A DNA stretch of 64,000 bases, from positions 109,955 to 173,954 of the forward strand of contig CAISGE010000002.1 in the NCBI GenBank assembly GCA_903884815.1. The letters run 5' to 3'. The stretch comes from Candidatus Omnitrophota bacterium (GTDB lineage Bacteria > Omnitrophota > Omnitrophia > Omnitrophales > Aquincolibacteriaceae). The stretch's first letter is position 1. The number at the start of each line of letters is the position of its first letter. The notes beneath the pieces were generated by a model. That model was given only the letters and a program-made list of their open reading frames with translations. It searched no databases and was not told the origin of the DNA. Shown here in pieces: positions 35,665 through 45,533 of this stretch. The position numbers and the translations under genes were made by a program.

Positions 35665-35763
35665 AGATTGAATTACGGGAACAAAAAATGCGTCCCCGTG
35701 GGACGCCGTTCCGTCCCGAGGTTATTCAGAGTTTATCGTGGTGTCTCTAAAATGGAGGTGAGT

Positions 35764-36246
35764 ATGAAAATGTTTCTTTGGGCAGTCGTTTTGGGTGCGT
35801 TGTTCACACAGATGCCGACTTGCGTTTATTGCGAAACGAATAGCCTTATCGGAGAGTGGGAAGTCGTGTCGCAAGTTCCTTCGCAAAAGGAGCTGTTATC
35901 ATACACAAAGAAACCTGCGGGATTCGAGGGCGTGAATAATGATGACGTCGTTGTCCCCGAGACTAAACAGACGGTAACCATTACAGAAAACAATCTGATA
36001 AATAAAACGGTCGGAGAAGGCGTAAACATAAACGATGAAGAACCGTATAAATTAGAAGGCGATAAAATCATCATGATCCCGCCTGAGGGCGAAGCTGCGG
36101 AAAGTCCGTTCTATGTTTATGCCAAGCAGTTTATTCCGGCTTATACGTCTTTCAAGTTTGATGGGGAGAATCTCATACTGACGACGAGCGAAATCCCGGG
36201 ATATCAAAATAAAACAATAACCAAGGTGTTAAAACGCATTAAATAA
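35764..36246 (+). CDS. Secreted hypothetical protein.
   Basis: Signal MKMFLWAVVLGALFTQMPTCVYC. RBS GGAGGTG. The start is ambiguous between 35752, 35764 and 35770. Confidence 0.45.
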   Translation: MKMFLWAVVLGALFTQMPTCVYCETNSLIGEWEVVSQVPSQKELLSYTKKPAGFEGVNNDDVVVPETKQTVTITENNLINKTVGEGVNINDEEPYKLEGDKIIMIPPEGEAAESPFYVYAKQFIPAYTSFKFDGENLILTTSEIPGYQNKTITKVLKRIK

Positions 36247-36350
36247 GCACCAGTTTTTATTTTACAGCCCGGCGGTTCTGCGGCCAGTTGGAAAGACCGG
36301 ACGCAGTCTCGTTTTCAGGAAGGACGACTCAACGGCGGGAAGGATGAAAG

Positions 36351-36695
36351 ATGATTAAAAAATCCAAAGGTGCAAGGATGGTTTTAATGTTTGTGGCCGT
36401 TTTGCTATTGGGAGGACTCCTTGCTTTCGCAGTTACGGCCAATAAGAAAGAGACGCCCGCGGAGAGAATTGACCGGCTGGGACGAGAGATGGCGGCCGAC
36501 AAGGCTGAGGCGGTACGCCGCGCAAAAAAACTAGGGATCCCGGTACGCGAGACCTATTCCGACGGGAGAACGATTGAGCTAATGCGGTTCGACGGTGATC
36601 GTCCCGTGTTTTATACGACAGACCAGGTAACCCATCCGAGGCCGTCGGCCCCTCCCGTTGAAGTAAACCAAACTTCGTCTGTGAAGGAGGGGTAA
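36351..36695 (+). CDS. Membrane-anchored or secreted hypothetical protein (114 aa).
   Basis: The N-terminal hydrophobic segment VLMFVAVLLLGGLLAFAV. Confidence 0.4.
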   Translation: MIKKSKGARMVLMFVAVLLLGGLLAFAVTANKKETPAERIDRLGREMAADKAEAVRRAKKLGIPVRETYSDGRTIELMRFDGDRPVFYTTDQVTHPRPSAPPVEVNQTSSVKEG

Positions 36696-36828
36696 GCTAA
36701 CGCTTCCCCGCGCCTGCCCGCCAACGCATTGTGGCGGGGGATGCCGTTGGGTTCACACGGTAGTAGAATGGAACCCTTCGACGCGGATCCGCGGAAAGCA
36801 GGTATGTCAAAACAAGGAGGCGATTGAA

Positions 36829-37938
36829 ATGAAAGAGGACAAATTGTTCGAATCTTTTTCGATCGGGGGCATGCGCCTTAAAAACAGGATCGTCCTTGCT
36901 CCCATGACTCGGGCACGGGCGGGCACAAGCCGCGTCCCCAACGAGCTGATGGCGGAATATTATCTCCAGCGCTCCGGCGCCGGGATGCTGATCACGGAAG
37001 CGACCGTGATCTCGGAGCAGGGGATCGGCTGGGGCGGGACTCCGGGGATCTACACGCAGGCCATGGCGGAGGGATGGAAAAAGATCACTCAAACGGTCCA
37101 GGCGGGCGGGGCGCCGGTCATTCTTCAGCTCTGGCATTGCGGGAGGGTCTCGCACAGTGATTTCTTGGGAGGCGCGCTTCCGGTTTCAGCTTCGGCCGTG
37201 AAGATCGATAACGGCGAGCTGGTCCGTACGCCACTCGGTAAAAAACCTTATGAGGTCCCGCGCGCTTTGACGACAGGTGAAGTCAAGGCGGTGGTGCAGG
37301 ATTTCCGGGCCGCGGCGGTCCACGCGAAATCGGCCGGCTTCTCGGGCATCGAGATCCACGGGGCGAATGGTTATCTGATCAATCAATTTCTCGATCCGAA
37401 AGCGAACCTGCGCACGGATGCTTACGGGGGGGACGTCCTGAACCGCTTCCGTTTCCTGAGAGAGATCCTGGAAGCGGTGCTGGAGGTTTGGCGCCCCGAG
37501 GAAGTGGGCGTACGCATTTCTCCGAACGGGGTCTTTAACGATATGGGCAGTGACGATTTCAGGGAGACCTATCTTTTTGTCGCGAAAGAATTAAATCAGC
37601 TGCGGCTGGGCTATCTGCACGTCATGGACGGTCTGGCCTTTGGTTTTCATGGCAAAGGAGAGCCGATGAAGCTTTCGGAGTTCCGGGGGATCTTTTCCGG
37701 GGCGATCCTCGGTAATTGTGGGTACACGCGTGAACTGGCAGAGCAGCGGGTCGGGCAGGGCGACGCGGACCTGATCGCCTTCGGCCGTCCGTTTATCACC
37801 AACCCGGACCTGGCCGACCGCTTCAAAAACGACTGGCCCCTCAATCCCTTCAGCGATATGTCCCAATGGTACGGCGGGGGAGCGGCCGGGTATACGGATT
37901 ATTTGCCGTTTGCTGCGGCCCAATCGGCTCAGGGGTGA
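36829..37938 (+). CDS. Old Yellow Enzyme family NADH:flavin oxidoreductase (alkene reductase/NemA-like).
   Basis: Full-length OYE match (LKNRIVLAPMTRARA..., HGANGYLINQFLD...). RBS AAGGAGG. Confidence 0.85.
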   Translation: MKEDKLFESFSIGGMRLKNRIVLAPMTRARAGTSRVPNELMAEYYLQRSGAGMLITEATVISEQGIGWGGTPGIYTQAMAEGWKKITQTVQAGGAPVILQLWHCGRVSHSDFLGGALPVSASAVKIDNGELVRTPLGKKPYEVPRALTTGEVKAVVQDFRAAAVHAKSAGFSGIEIHGANGYLINQFLDPKANLRTDAYGGDVLNRFRFLREILEAVLEVWRPEEVGVRISPNGVFNDMGSDDFRETYLFVAKELNQLRLGYLHVMDGLAFGFHGKGEPMKLSEFRGIFSGAILGNCGYTRELAEQRVGQGDADLIAFGRPFITNPDLADRFKNDWPLNPFSDMSQWYGGGAAGYTDYLPFAAAQSAQG

Positions 37939-38077
37939 GTGGGGGACAGACCGGGCGCGTTTCGCTCCATATAGCTTCTAGGTAATATGGCCGAAGTTAA
38001 TAAGGCTTGGCTTTCTTGAGGCTTAGAGGATACAAACGGAAGCGCATATCCATTCAAAAAATGGCGGGTTTGATAAA

Positions 38078-39622
38078 GTGAAAAAGTTTTTTAACGCAAT
38101 CACCGGCTGGATGACTGAAGAAACATTCAGACGCAGCGATCTGTTCGTGCTCGCGCTCTACGGGCTGCTGATCGGGTTCGGGATCCGGTATCACGAGCCG
38201 TGGAGCGACGAGGCGCTGCCCTGGATCATCGCGCGGGATACCGATCTGCGCGGCTTCCTTGGGATGATCCTTCAGAATTGGGACAGGCATCCGGGGCTTT
38301 TCCACGTCCTTCTGCTCCCCTTCGTGAAGCTCGGCTTTCCTTATTTTACCCAGGCCATTCTGAACGCTCTCCTGGCGCTTCTGGCGGCTTTCCTTTTTCT
38401 GACGAAGGCGCCCTTTCCACGGATCTTCCGGTATCTTTTTCTGTTCACCTATTACATGCTCTTTGAATATTCCGTGGTCGTTCGTCCCTACATGCTCACC
38501 GTCGTCCTTCTGTTCATTCTGGCGGTTTTTTATCCCAAGCGCGAGAGCCGGCCGATCACCTACGCGCTTCTGATCACCCTGTTGTTTCACGCGGACTATA
38601 TGAGTTTTGGATTGGGAGTGGGATTGACGGCAGCTTATCTGGTGGAATATGGACGCCTGTTTAAAACGAAGCCACGTTTGGCCGCGGCGTTCGCCTTGAT
38701 GGCGCTGAATGCGCTGTGGATCGGGTGGATGGCCCACGCGCTTCCGGCGGGGCACGGGGAATATGGCAATAAATGGGCGCCGGATATCCTGAACTTCGTG
38801 AAGCCCCTGGCAAACGCCTTTTTTCCGTTCTCGGATCTGGGCCGGCACGCGGCTTTCGCGTTCCCCACGGCCGTGATCGCCGGAAGCTATGTTTTGATCG
38901 CGACGTTCGTCTCTCTGATCCGGCGTCGGATACCCGCCTTGATCCTGGGCGTTTCCTTGGCGTACCTTTTTACGGTTTTTACGTTTTTCCACGGAGGCGA
39001 TTACCGCAATCACGGTTTTATTTTACTCAGCGTTCTCTTTGCTCTCTGGATCGCCCGGGATTCCGCCGGGGAGGCTCCGGCCGCTCCCGGGACCGGAAGA
39101 AGTGCCCGGCCCTGGTTCGGTCAACTTGCGATTGCGATCATGAGCCTTTGCATTCTCCTGGGCCTTCAGAATCTCAGTTTTGTTTATCGCCTGGAATATC
39201 ACCTTCCTTTCTCGGGGAGCCGGGATATGGCCCGGGTGATCGCGGGGATCGAAAAAAAGAACCACATTTTCGAACAGGGATTTGTGATCGTTTCACCGCA
39301 CAAGAATTCCGTGGGGCTGATGCCTTATTTGCCCGGCGTGAGGTTCTGGAATCCCTGCACGGGCAATTACGCGGAATACTACCGGTTGACGCGGGAAACG
39401 TCCCGGTGTAATGATCTTCCCGAGGCGGCGGCCGTTCAGATTGCGAAGGGTTATTTTAGGGATCTAAGCCGTGTCCTGTTCCTTTTCCGGAATCCCTTGC
39501 CGGCAATGACAGATCCGGATTATGAATATCAAGAACTCTACCGGGTCAGTCCCGCTTTCGGACACTGGCAGGAAACGTTTTCTCTTTACCGGGCGCTGCC
39601 CAAGGTTTCTCCGGCGAAATGA
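38078..39622 (+). CDS. Multi-pass membrane protein, putatively a GT-C fold glycosyltransferase (ArnT/PMT_2-like), paralog 1.
   Basis: About 12 predicted TM helices. An early periplasmic loop with YHEPWSDEALPW (DE motif). GTG start with a weak RBS. Confidence 0.4.
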   Translation: MKKFFNAITGWMTEETFRRSDLFVLALYGLLIGFGIRYHEPWSDEALPWIIARDTDLRGFLGMILQNWDRHPGLFHVLLLPFVKLGFPYFTQAILNALLALLAAFLFLTKAPFPRIFRYLFLFTYYMLFEYSVVVRPYMLTVVLLFILAVFYPKRESRPITYALLITLLFHADYMSFGLGVGLTAAYLVEYGRLFKTKPRLAAAFALMALNALWIGWMAHALPAGHGEYGNKWAPDILNFVKPLANAFFPFSDLGRHAAFAFPTAVIAGSYVLIATFVSLIRRRIPALILGVSLAYLFTVFTFFHGGDYRNHGFILLSVLFALWIARDSAGEAPAAPGTGRSARPWFGQLAIAIMSLCILLGLQNLSFVYRLEYHLPFSGSRDMARVIAGIEKKNHIFEQGFVIVSPHKNSVGLMPYLPGVRFWNPCTGNYAEYYRLTRETSRCNDLPEAAAVQIAKGYFRDLSRVLFLFRNPLPAMTDPDYEYQELYRVSPAFGHWQETFSLYRALPKVSPAK

Positions 39623-39647
39623 TGTACGTGGCGAGAAGGAACGATTG

Positions 39648-41234
39648 ATGCAAATAACTTTTAAAAGTAGCCTGGAGCTTGTCCTGTCTTTACCGAAGAA
39701 GGTCATGGGCTGGCTGCTCGACGAAAAATTCCGCAGAACGGACCTCCTGGTGCTGGCTGTTTATGGCGTGATCGTCAGCTTCGGGATCTGGCACCACGAG
39801 CCCTGGGGCGACGAGGCTTATCCCTGGATCATTGCCCGGGACGCGGACTGGCGGACCTTTCTGGAGATCCTCTTCACGAATCGGGACCGGCACCCCGGAC
39901 TTTTCTATCTCGTGATCCTTCCTTGGGTCAAGCTGGGCTTTCCGTATATCGCCCAGGGGATTTTGAATCTCCTCTTTGCGCTTGGAGCGGCGTTTCTCTG
40001 GCTCAAGCGCGCGCCTTTTCCCCGCGTGTTCCGCTACCTTTTCCTGTTCTCCTTTTACATGCTTTACGAGTACGCCGTGATCACGCGGAATTATATGATG
40101 TCGCTTCTGATCCTTTTTGCTATCGCGGCCTTGTATCCCAAGCGAACGGAGCGCCCGATGGTTTACGCGATTCTGGTCGCCCTTCTTTTGCACGCGGATT
40201 TTATGTGCCTGGGCCTCGGGCTCGGATTGACAGCCGTCTTTGCCTGGGAGCACCGGAACAAATTTGCCGGAAACCGTCCGCTCATCATCTCCATGACCTT
40301 GATGACATTCTCAGCCCTGCTCGTCCTCTGGATCGCACACGCGCTTCCTCTGGACCATCCCGCACGCGGCCGGCATCTCGCATTTTCCGTGAGCCAATGC
40401 CTCGTTCCCGTCAGCAAGGCGTTCCTCCCGTTTTTTAACGACAGTCAAACTCCGGGATTGCCTCGGGTGGCGATGCTTGCCAGCTTCACGGCATTTTTTC
40501 TTTCGTGGATCGCGCTCTTGCGAAAGCCCGCGCCTCTTGTGATCTTGGGGTGCGCGCTCGCGCCGCTTTTTTACATCTTTAATTTCGTGGATGTCGGGGA
40601 TTACCGCCACTACGGATTCATTCTGGTCAGTATTATTTTCACGTTTTGGATCGCGGCAAGTTATCCCGCGCCGCTGGGGACTGCGCCCACGGTTTGGCCC
40701 CGTCGCACGCGAGCCGCAGTGATCGCGCTCATGTGCGCGTTCTTTTTTGTGGGCCTCCGTGCGGTCAACTTTATTTATATGATGGAATACAAGTTGCCCT
40801 TTTCGGGGTCGCGTGACGCCGCGGACGCTGTTAAATTATTGGAGAGGCGCTACGGCCTTTTGAGTCAGGGTTTTACGGTCGTGGCCAAGAACGCGAACGC
40901 CATCAGTCTCATGCCGTATTTGCCCGGGGTGAAGTTTTGGAACCCTTGCACGAGAAGCTTTGCCCGTTACTATTACAATAATAAGGCGCTGGCCGCCTGC
41001 ACCGAGGTTCCTTCTTATGAAGCGGTCCTGCGGACGAAAGCTGCTTGGGGAGACATTAGCAAGGCGATCTTCCTCTTCGATGCTCCGCTTCCGGTCCCGG
41101 AGGACGCTGATTACAAGTATGAGAACTTTTTCACTTCCCGGAAAGGGTTTGGCTATACGTACGAGACTTTCTATTTCTATCGCGCGATCCCTAAAGGGGC
41201 TCCGGTATCTCCCGCGGGACAGGCGGCGCGCTAA
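39648..41234 (+). CDS. Paralogous GT-C-like multi-pass membrane protein, paralog 2.
   Basis: Same architecture and motifs (WHHEPWGDEAYPWIIARD..., C-terminal MPYLPGVKFWNPCT...). Confidence 0.4.
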   Translation: MQITFKSSLELVLSLPKKVMGWLLDEKFRRTDLLVLAVYGVIVSFGIWHHEPWGDEAYPWIIARDADWRTFLEILFTNRDRHPGLFYLVILPWVKLGFPYIAQGILNLLFALGAAFLWLKRAPFPRVFRYLFLFSFYMLYEYAVITRNYMMSLLILFAIAALYPKRTERPMVYAILVALLLHADFMCLGLGLGLTAVFAWEHRNKFAGNRPLIISMTLMTFSALLVLWIAHALPLDHPARGRHLAFSVSQCLVPVSKAFLPFFNDSQTPGLPRVAMLASFTAFFLSWIALLRKPAPLVILGCALAPLFYIFNFVDVGDYRHYGFILVSIIFTFWIAASYPAPLGTAPTVWPRRTRAAVIALMCAFFFVGLRAVNFIYMMEYKLPFSGSRDAADAVKLLERRYGLLSQGFTVVAKNANAISLMPYLPGVKFWNPCTRSFARYYYNNKALAACTEVPSYEAVLRTKAAWGDISKAIFLFDAPLPVPEDADYKYENFFTSRKGFGYTYETFYFYRAIPKGAPVSPAGQAAR

Positions 41235-41317
41235 AAGACGGTATCCTGGATCTCGTGATTTGGAATTTGATTTCGCGGAGAAGGGGGAGTATCCTTATCC
41301 GCAAGGAGAACTGATCT

Positions 41318-41764
41318 GTGGCCCAAAAAAAACGCAAGTCTTTCACCCTTCATGAAGCGCACGCGCTTCTGCCGGAACTCGAAAAACGCCTGAAACATCT
41401 CCGCGACAAAAAAGAGACCTACAGCCGCACCCACGATCTTCTTTTCATGCACGAACTTGTTTGCGCGGCCGAACGCTCCCACGGACTTTCGGACGAAACC
41501 GACGACCTGGAGGACGGCATTCACGCGCTCGAAGACGCGATCGAGGATCTTGCCAAGGACGTCGAGGCGATCTTTGCGACAGGGTGCCTGCTCCGCAATA
41601 TCGAAAGAGGACATATCGAGTTCTTCGGTTCCCATGATGGGATGGAGGTTTATTTTTCCTGGCAGCTCGGTGAGCCAGAGATCGGCCACTACCGTCCGAT
41701 CGGGAAAAAGATCCATGAGCGTGTTCCGCTTGATCCCAAACGGCCGGGCAAGAAAAAAACTTAA
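41318..41764 (+). CDS. DUF2203-like hypothetical protein.
   Basis: TLHEAHALLPELE...GCLLRNIERGHIEFF...WQLGEPEIGHYRP. RBS AAGGAG with a GTG start. Confidence 0.4.
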   Translation: MAQKKRKSFTLHEAHALLPELEKRLKHLRDKKETYSRTHDLLFMHELVCAAERSHGLSDETDDLEDGIHALEDAIEDLAKDVEAIFATGCLLRNIERGHIEFFGSHDGMEVYFSWQLGEPEIGHYRPIGKKIHERVPLDPKRPGKKKT

Positions 41765-41798
41765 AGCCGGTTCCATGCAGCTATCCCCAGGAGGCACT

Positions 41799-43232
41799 AT
41801 GAACGTCCGCTCAAGCTTGTCTTTACTACTTCTCATGACACTTCCCCTCGTTTGCTGCTCTGCCGCGACCGGTGCGCCGTCTCAAAGCACTTTGGCGGAC
41901 CAGGCCGCGATCGAGCTCACCGTCTATAACAGCAATATCGCCCTCGTGAAGGACACGCGGCAGGTGACACTTCCGGCCGGGGAAGGGGAGCTCCGCTTCA
42001 TGGACGTGGCCTCCAGCATCAATCCCGTGACGGTGAGCGCGCGGTCGCTTAATTTCCCCAATGATTTTTCGATACTCGACCAGAATTACGAGTATGACCT
42101 GATCAGCGAATCCCGGCTTCTCGATAAATACGTCGGCAAGAAGCTCAAAATCCTCCGTTGGGACGAGACCCTCACCAAAAGAGAAGAGGTCGAGGCGACG
42201 CTTTTGAGTAATAACGACGGGCAGATCTATCAGATCGGGAGTGAAATCTATCTCGGGTACCCCGGCACCAAGGTCGTTCCGACGATCCCGGAAAATCTTA
42301 TCTCCAAGCCGACCCTGACCTGGCTTTTCACGAACAAGAGCACGAAGGCGCATCAGCTCGAGGTTTCCTATCTGACCGGGAATATTAGCTGGAAAGCGGA
42401 CTATGTGGCGACGCTCTCGGGAGATGACAAATCTCTCGGATTGTCCGGATGGGTCACGATCGACAATCAAAGCGGCGCGATGTACAAAGACGCGCGCCTC
42501 AAGCTCGTCGCCGGCGATGTCAATCGCGTCCAAGATAACTTTAGGGAGAAATCCATGATGCCTACCGAATCGATGGCGATGAACGGTGCCGCGGCCCAGC
42601 AGTTCGAGGAGAAGGCCTTCTTTGAATATCATATCTACGATTTGCAGCGAAGGACCACGATCAAGGACAGGCAGACCAAACAGATCAGCCTGCTGGAAGC
42701 CTCTGGAGTTGACGCGAAGAAGGAATTCCTGGTTTCCGGTGACGCTAATTATTATTTTTACGCCATGCCGGGTCAGAAGCAAAAGCAGGATGTGAATGTT
42801 TTTATCGAATTCAGGAACTCCCAGGCCAATCACGTCGGGATGCCGCTTCCCCAGGGGACGGTGCGGATGTACAAGAAAGACACCGACGGTAGCCTCCAGT
42901 TTATCGGTGAGGACAATATCCGCCACACCCCCAAGGATGAGGTCGTGCGTCTCAAGATCGGCAAGGCCTTCGATGTGGTGGCCGAGCGCGTTCAGATGGA
43001 CTACAAGCATATTTCTTCGAACATGCACGAGAGCGAGTGGGAAGTGACGATCCGCAACCACAAGACCTCCGCGATCGACGTGGCGATCCTTGAGCCGCTT
43101 TACTCCGACTGGAAAGTCCTGACGAGTACGCACGAGTATAAGAAGGTGGATGCCAACACTTTACGTTTTGATGTTCCCGTCGGAAAAGACCAGGAAGTCG
43201 TCGTTCGCTACCGCGTTCAGGTCAAATCCTGA
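41799..43232 (+). CDS. Secreted DUF4140/DUF4139 (TIGR02231-like) protein.
   Basis: RBS AGGAGG and a signal peptide. The TVYNSNIALVKDTRQVTLPAGEGELRF and ARLKLVAGDVNRV blocks. Confidence 0.5.
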   Translation: MNVRSSLSLLLLMTLPLVCCSAATGAPSQSTLADQAAIELTVYNSNIALVKDTRQVTLPAGEGELRFMDVASSINPVTVSARSLNFPNDFSILDQNYEYDLISESRLLDKYVGKKLKILRWDETLTKREEVEATLLSNNDGQIYQIGSEIYLGYPGTKVVPTIPENLISKPTLTWLFTNKSTKAHQLEVSYLTGNISWKADYVATLSGDDKSLGLSGWVTIDNQSGAMYKDARLKLVAGDVNRVQDNFREKSMMPTESMAMNGAAAQQFEEKAFFEYHIYDLQRRTTIKDRQTKQISLLEASGVDAKKEFLVSGDANYYFYAMPGQKQKQDVNVFIEFRNSQANHVGMPLPQGTVRMYKKDTDGSLQFIGEDNIRHTPKDEVVRLKIGKAFDVVAERVQMDYKHISSNMHESEWEVTIRNHKTSAIDVAILEPLYSDWKVLTSTHEYKKVDANTLRFDVPVGKDQEVVVRYRVQVKS

Positions 43233-43285
43233 GGGCGAAGCTCCAAGAATCAACTGAAGTAAAACCCGAAAAAAAAGAGGTTCCA

Positions 43286-44740
43286 ATGTTCCGGTGCATT
43301 CATGGTGACTGCCAAAAATATAAAAATCTCCTTAACGGCGAGTGGGTAGCCCCCGCTTCAAAAAAATGGGACAAGATCGTTTCCCCGTCCGATGGTTCTC
43401 TGGTGGGGGAAGTGCCCGCGATGAGCCGGGAAGAGGCGGATGAGTTTCTCAAGTCCGCGGCCGCGGCGCAAAAGGGCTGGGAGGCGGTGCCGGTCAATGA
43501 ACGTGCCGCTCTTTTGCACAAGGCGGCCGATATCCTGGAGAGTGAAAAGGATGTGATCGCGGAAGTACTGATGCGGGAGATCTCCAGGAACCGGAAATCC
43601 TGTGTTTCCGAGGTGGTCCGTACGGCGGATCTGATCCGTTTCACGGCAGAAGAGGGCAAGCGCGTCACCGGGGAAAGTATTTCTTCCGGAGCGTTTCCCG
43701 GCTTTCACGAAACGAAACTCTCGATCGTGAACCGAGTCCCGGTCGGGGTGGTGCTCGCGATCGCGCCTTTCAATTATCCGATCAACCTGGCGGCTTCCAA
43801 GATCACCCCGGCGCTTGTGGCGGGGAATTCCGTGCTTTTTAAACCCCCGACGCAAGGGTCCGTGAGCGCCCTTTATCTCGCGCGCGTTTTCTGCGAGGCA
43901 GGGATCCCGGCGGGGGTTCTGAACGTCATTACGGGACAGGGCCGCGTGATCGGAGACTATTTGGTCAGCCATCCGCTTGTGAATATGGTGGCCTTCACGG
44001 GAAGCAGCAAGGTCGGGAAGCACATTGCTTCGCTTGTCGGGATGAAGCCCCTTCTTTTAGAGCTCGGCGGCAAGGACGCGGCGATTATTCTGGAAGATGC
44101 CGATCTTGTTTTGGCCGCAAAACATATTGTCGGGGGCGCTTTCTCGTATTCCGGCCAGCGTTGCACGGCCGTGAAGCGCATTCTCGTACTGGATTCTGTG
44201 GCCGACAAGCTGATCGAGCAGATCCTGCCTCTGGTCCGGGCTCTGACCGTGGGTCGCCCTGAAGATAACGCGGAAATCACCCCGCTGATCACCACCGAGG
44301 CCGCGGATTTCGTCCAAGAGCTGATCGACGATGCGATTCAGAAAGGCGCCAAGTTGTTGACCGGGAATAAACGCGAAGGGAACATTATTTATCCGACGCT
44401 CTTTGACCAAGTGACCGTGGATATGCGGATCGCCTGGGAGGAGCCTTTCGGGCCGGTGCTTCCCATCCTGCGCGTGAAATCAATCGAGGAAGCGGTCAAG
44501 ATCACGAATGATTCCGAATACGGTCTCCAGGCGTCCATCTTCACAAAAAGTATCGACGAGGCTTTCCGGGTGGCGGCGCGCCTTGATGTCGGGACGATCC
44601 AGGTCAACGGAAAGACAGAGCGCGGACCGGATCATTTCCCGTTCGTCGGGGTCAAGAGCTCCGGAATGGGAACCCAGGGGATCCGTTATTCGATCGAAGC
44701 CATGACGCGCTGCAAGGCCGTCGTTCTTAATTTTAACTAG
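43286..44740 (+). CDS. gapN: NADP-dependent non-phosphorylating glyceraldehyde-3-phosphate dehydrogenase (aldehyde dehydrogenase family).
   Basis: Full-length ALDH match with the GapN-type motifs PFNYPINL, ELGGKD and the catalytic Cys (GQRCTA). Confidence 0.75.
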   Translation: MFRCIHGDCQKYKNLLNGEWVAPASKKWDKIVSPSDGSLVGEVPAMSREEADEFLKSAAAAQKGWEAVPVNERAALLHKAADILESEKDVIAEVLMREISRNRKSCVSEVVRTADLIRFTAEEGKRVTGESISSGAFPGFHETKLSIVNRVPVGVVLAIAPFNYPINLAASKITPALVAGNSVLFKPPTQGSVSALYLARVFCEAGIPAGVLNVITGQGRVIGDYLVSHPLVNMVAFTGSSKVGKHIASLVGMKPLLLELGGKDAAIILEDADLVLAAKHIVGGAFSYSGQRCTAVKRILVLDSVADKLIEQILPLVRALTVGRPEDNAEITPLITTEAADFVQELIDDAIQKGAKLLTGNKREGNIIYPTLFDQVTVDMRIAWEEPFGPVLPILRVKSIEEAVKITNDSEYGLQASIFTKSIDEAFRVAARLDVGTIQVNGKTERGPDHFPFVGVKSSGMGTQGIRYSIEAMTRCKAVVLNFN

Positions 44741-44889
44741 GCTGTTCGGGGGTCTGATTTCCGCGCCGGAAGCGTCTATTTTTCGCTTTACGAGCATCGG
44801 ATGACTCAGTACTATGCGTTCGTGACTTGGGGCGAGCCCCCGCCTTCCTGCGTATTCGAAGCACTATTGAACCGTTAAAGGAGAAAATT

Positions 44890-45522
44890 ATGCCCTTCGG
44901 ATTCCTTCTACCCAAAGAAACCAGCTTTTATGACTATTTTGACAAGCAGGCGGATTACGCCGTTCAGGCGGCGGCCCAATTCGTGAAGATGGTGGCGGAT
45001 TTCAAAGTCGACGAAGCCGAGGTCGGGATCATGAAGGAGATCGAGCACGGCGGGGACGAAGTCACCCACCAGATCATGGACCAGCTCAACAATACGTTCA
45101 TCACGCCGTTCGACCGGGAGGATATTCACGATCTGGCCAAAAGGCTCGATGATATCGTGGACATACTCTACACCCTCACCAAGCGTCTCCGCGTCTATAA
45201 GATCCTGAGCATGGAGCGGAACCTCACGGAATTTGCCCGCGTGATCGAAATGTCCGTCAAAGGCGTTTCTCAGGCCGTCAAAGGCCTCCGGGACATGAAG
45301 AACAGCAAGAATGTCCTCAAAGCCTGCATCGAAGTGAATAACCTCGAGAATCTCGGGGACAGGATGCGGGATGACATGCTGAGCGAGCTTTTCGAAAAAC
45401 ACGGTAAAGATCCCATCGCCGTGATCAAGTGGAAGGATATTTATCAGGACGCGGAAACGGTCCTGGACGTTTGTGAGGATGTGGTCCACGTCGTCGAATC
45501 CATTCTCGTCAAACACGCCTGA
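44890..45522 (+). CDS. DUF47 (PhoU-like/YkaA) protein associated with a Pi transporter.
   Basis: The N-terminal MPFGFLLPKETSFYDYFDKQADY. RBS AAGGAGA. Lies immediately upstream of pitA. Confidence 0.7.
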   Translation: MPFGFLLPKETSFYDYFDKQADYAVQAAAQFVKMVADFKVDEAEVGIMKEIEHGGDEVTHQIMDQLNNTFITPFDREDIHDLAKRLDDIVDILYTLTKRLRVYKILSMERNLTEFARVIEMSVKGVSQAVKGLRDMKNSKNVLKACIEVNNLENLGDRMRDDMLSELFEKHGKDPIAVIKWKDIYQDAETVLDVCEDVVHVVESILVKHA

Positions 45523-45533
45523 GAATTGCCGCG

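Noticed and set aside
23700-36300. CRISPR array as an explanation for the recurring 35-nt elements
   Set aside because: The repeats are separated by whole genes of 0.1-1.1 kb and are not regularly spaced. They form part of coding sequences and RBSs, and no cas genes are present.
38054-39013. 319-aa ORF on the minus strand
   Set aside because: It is antisense to the GT-C-like membrane protein gene. It is highly basic and low-complexity.
41826-43133. 435-aa ORF on the minus strand
   Set aside because: It is antisense to the DUF4139/4140 gene, which has an RBS, a signal peptide and family motifs. It has no RBS and is Arg/Gly-rich.
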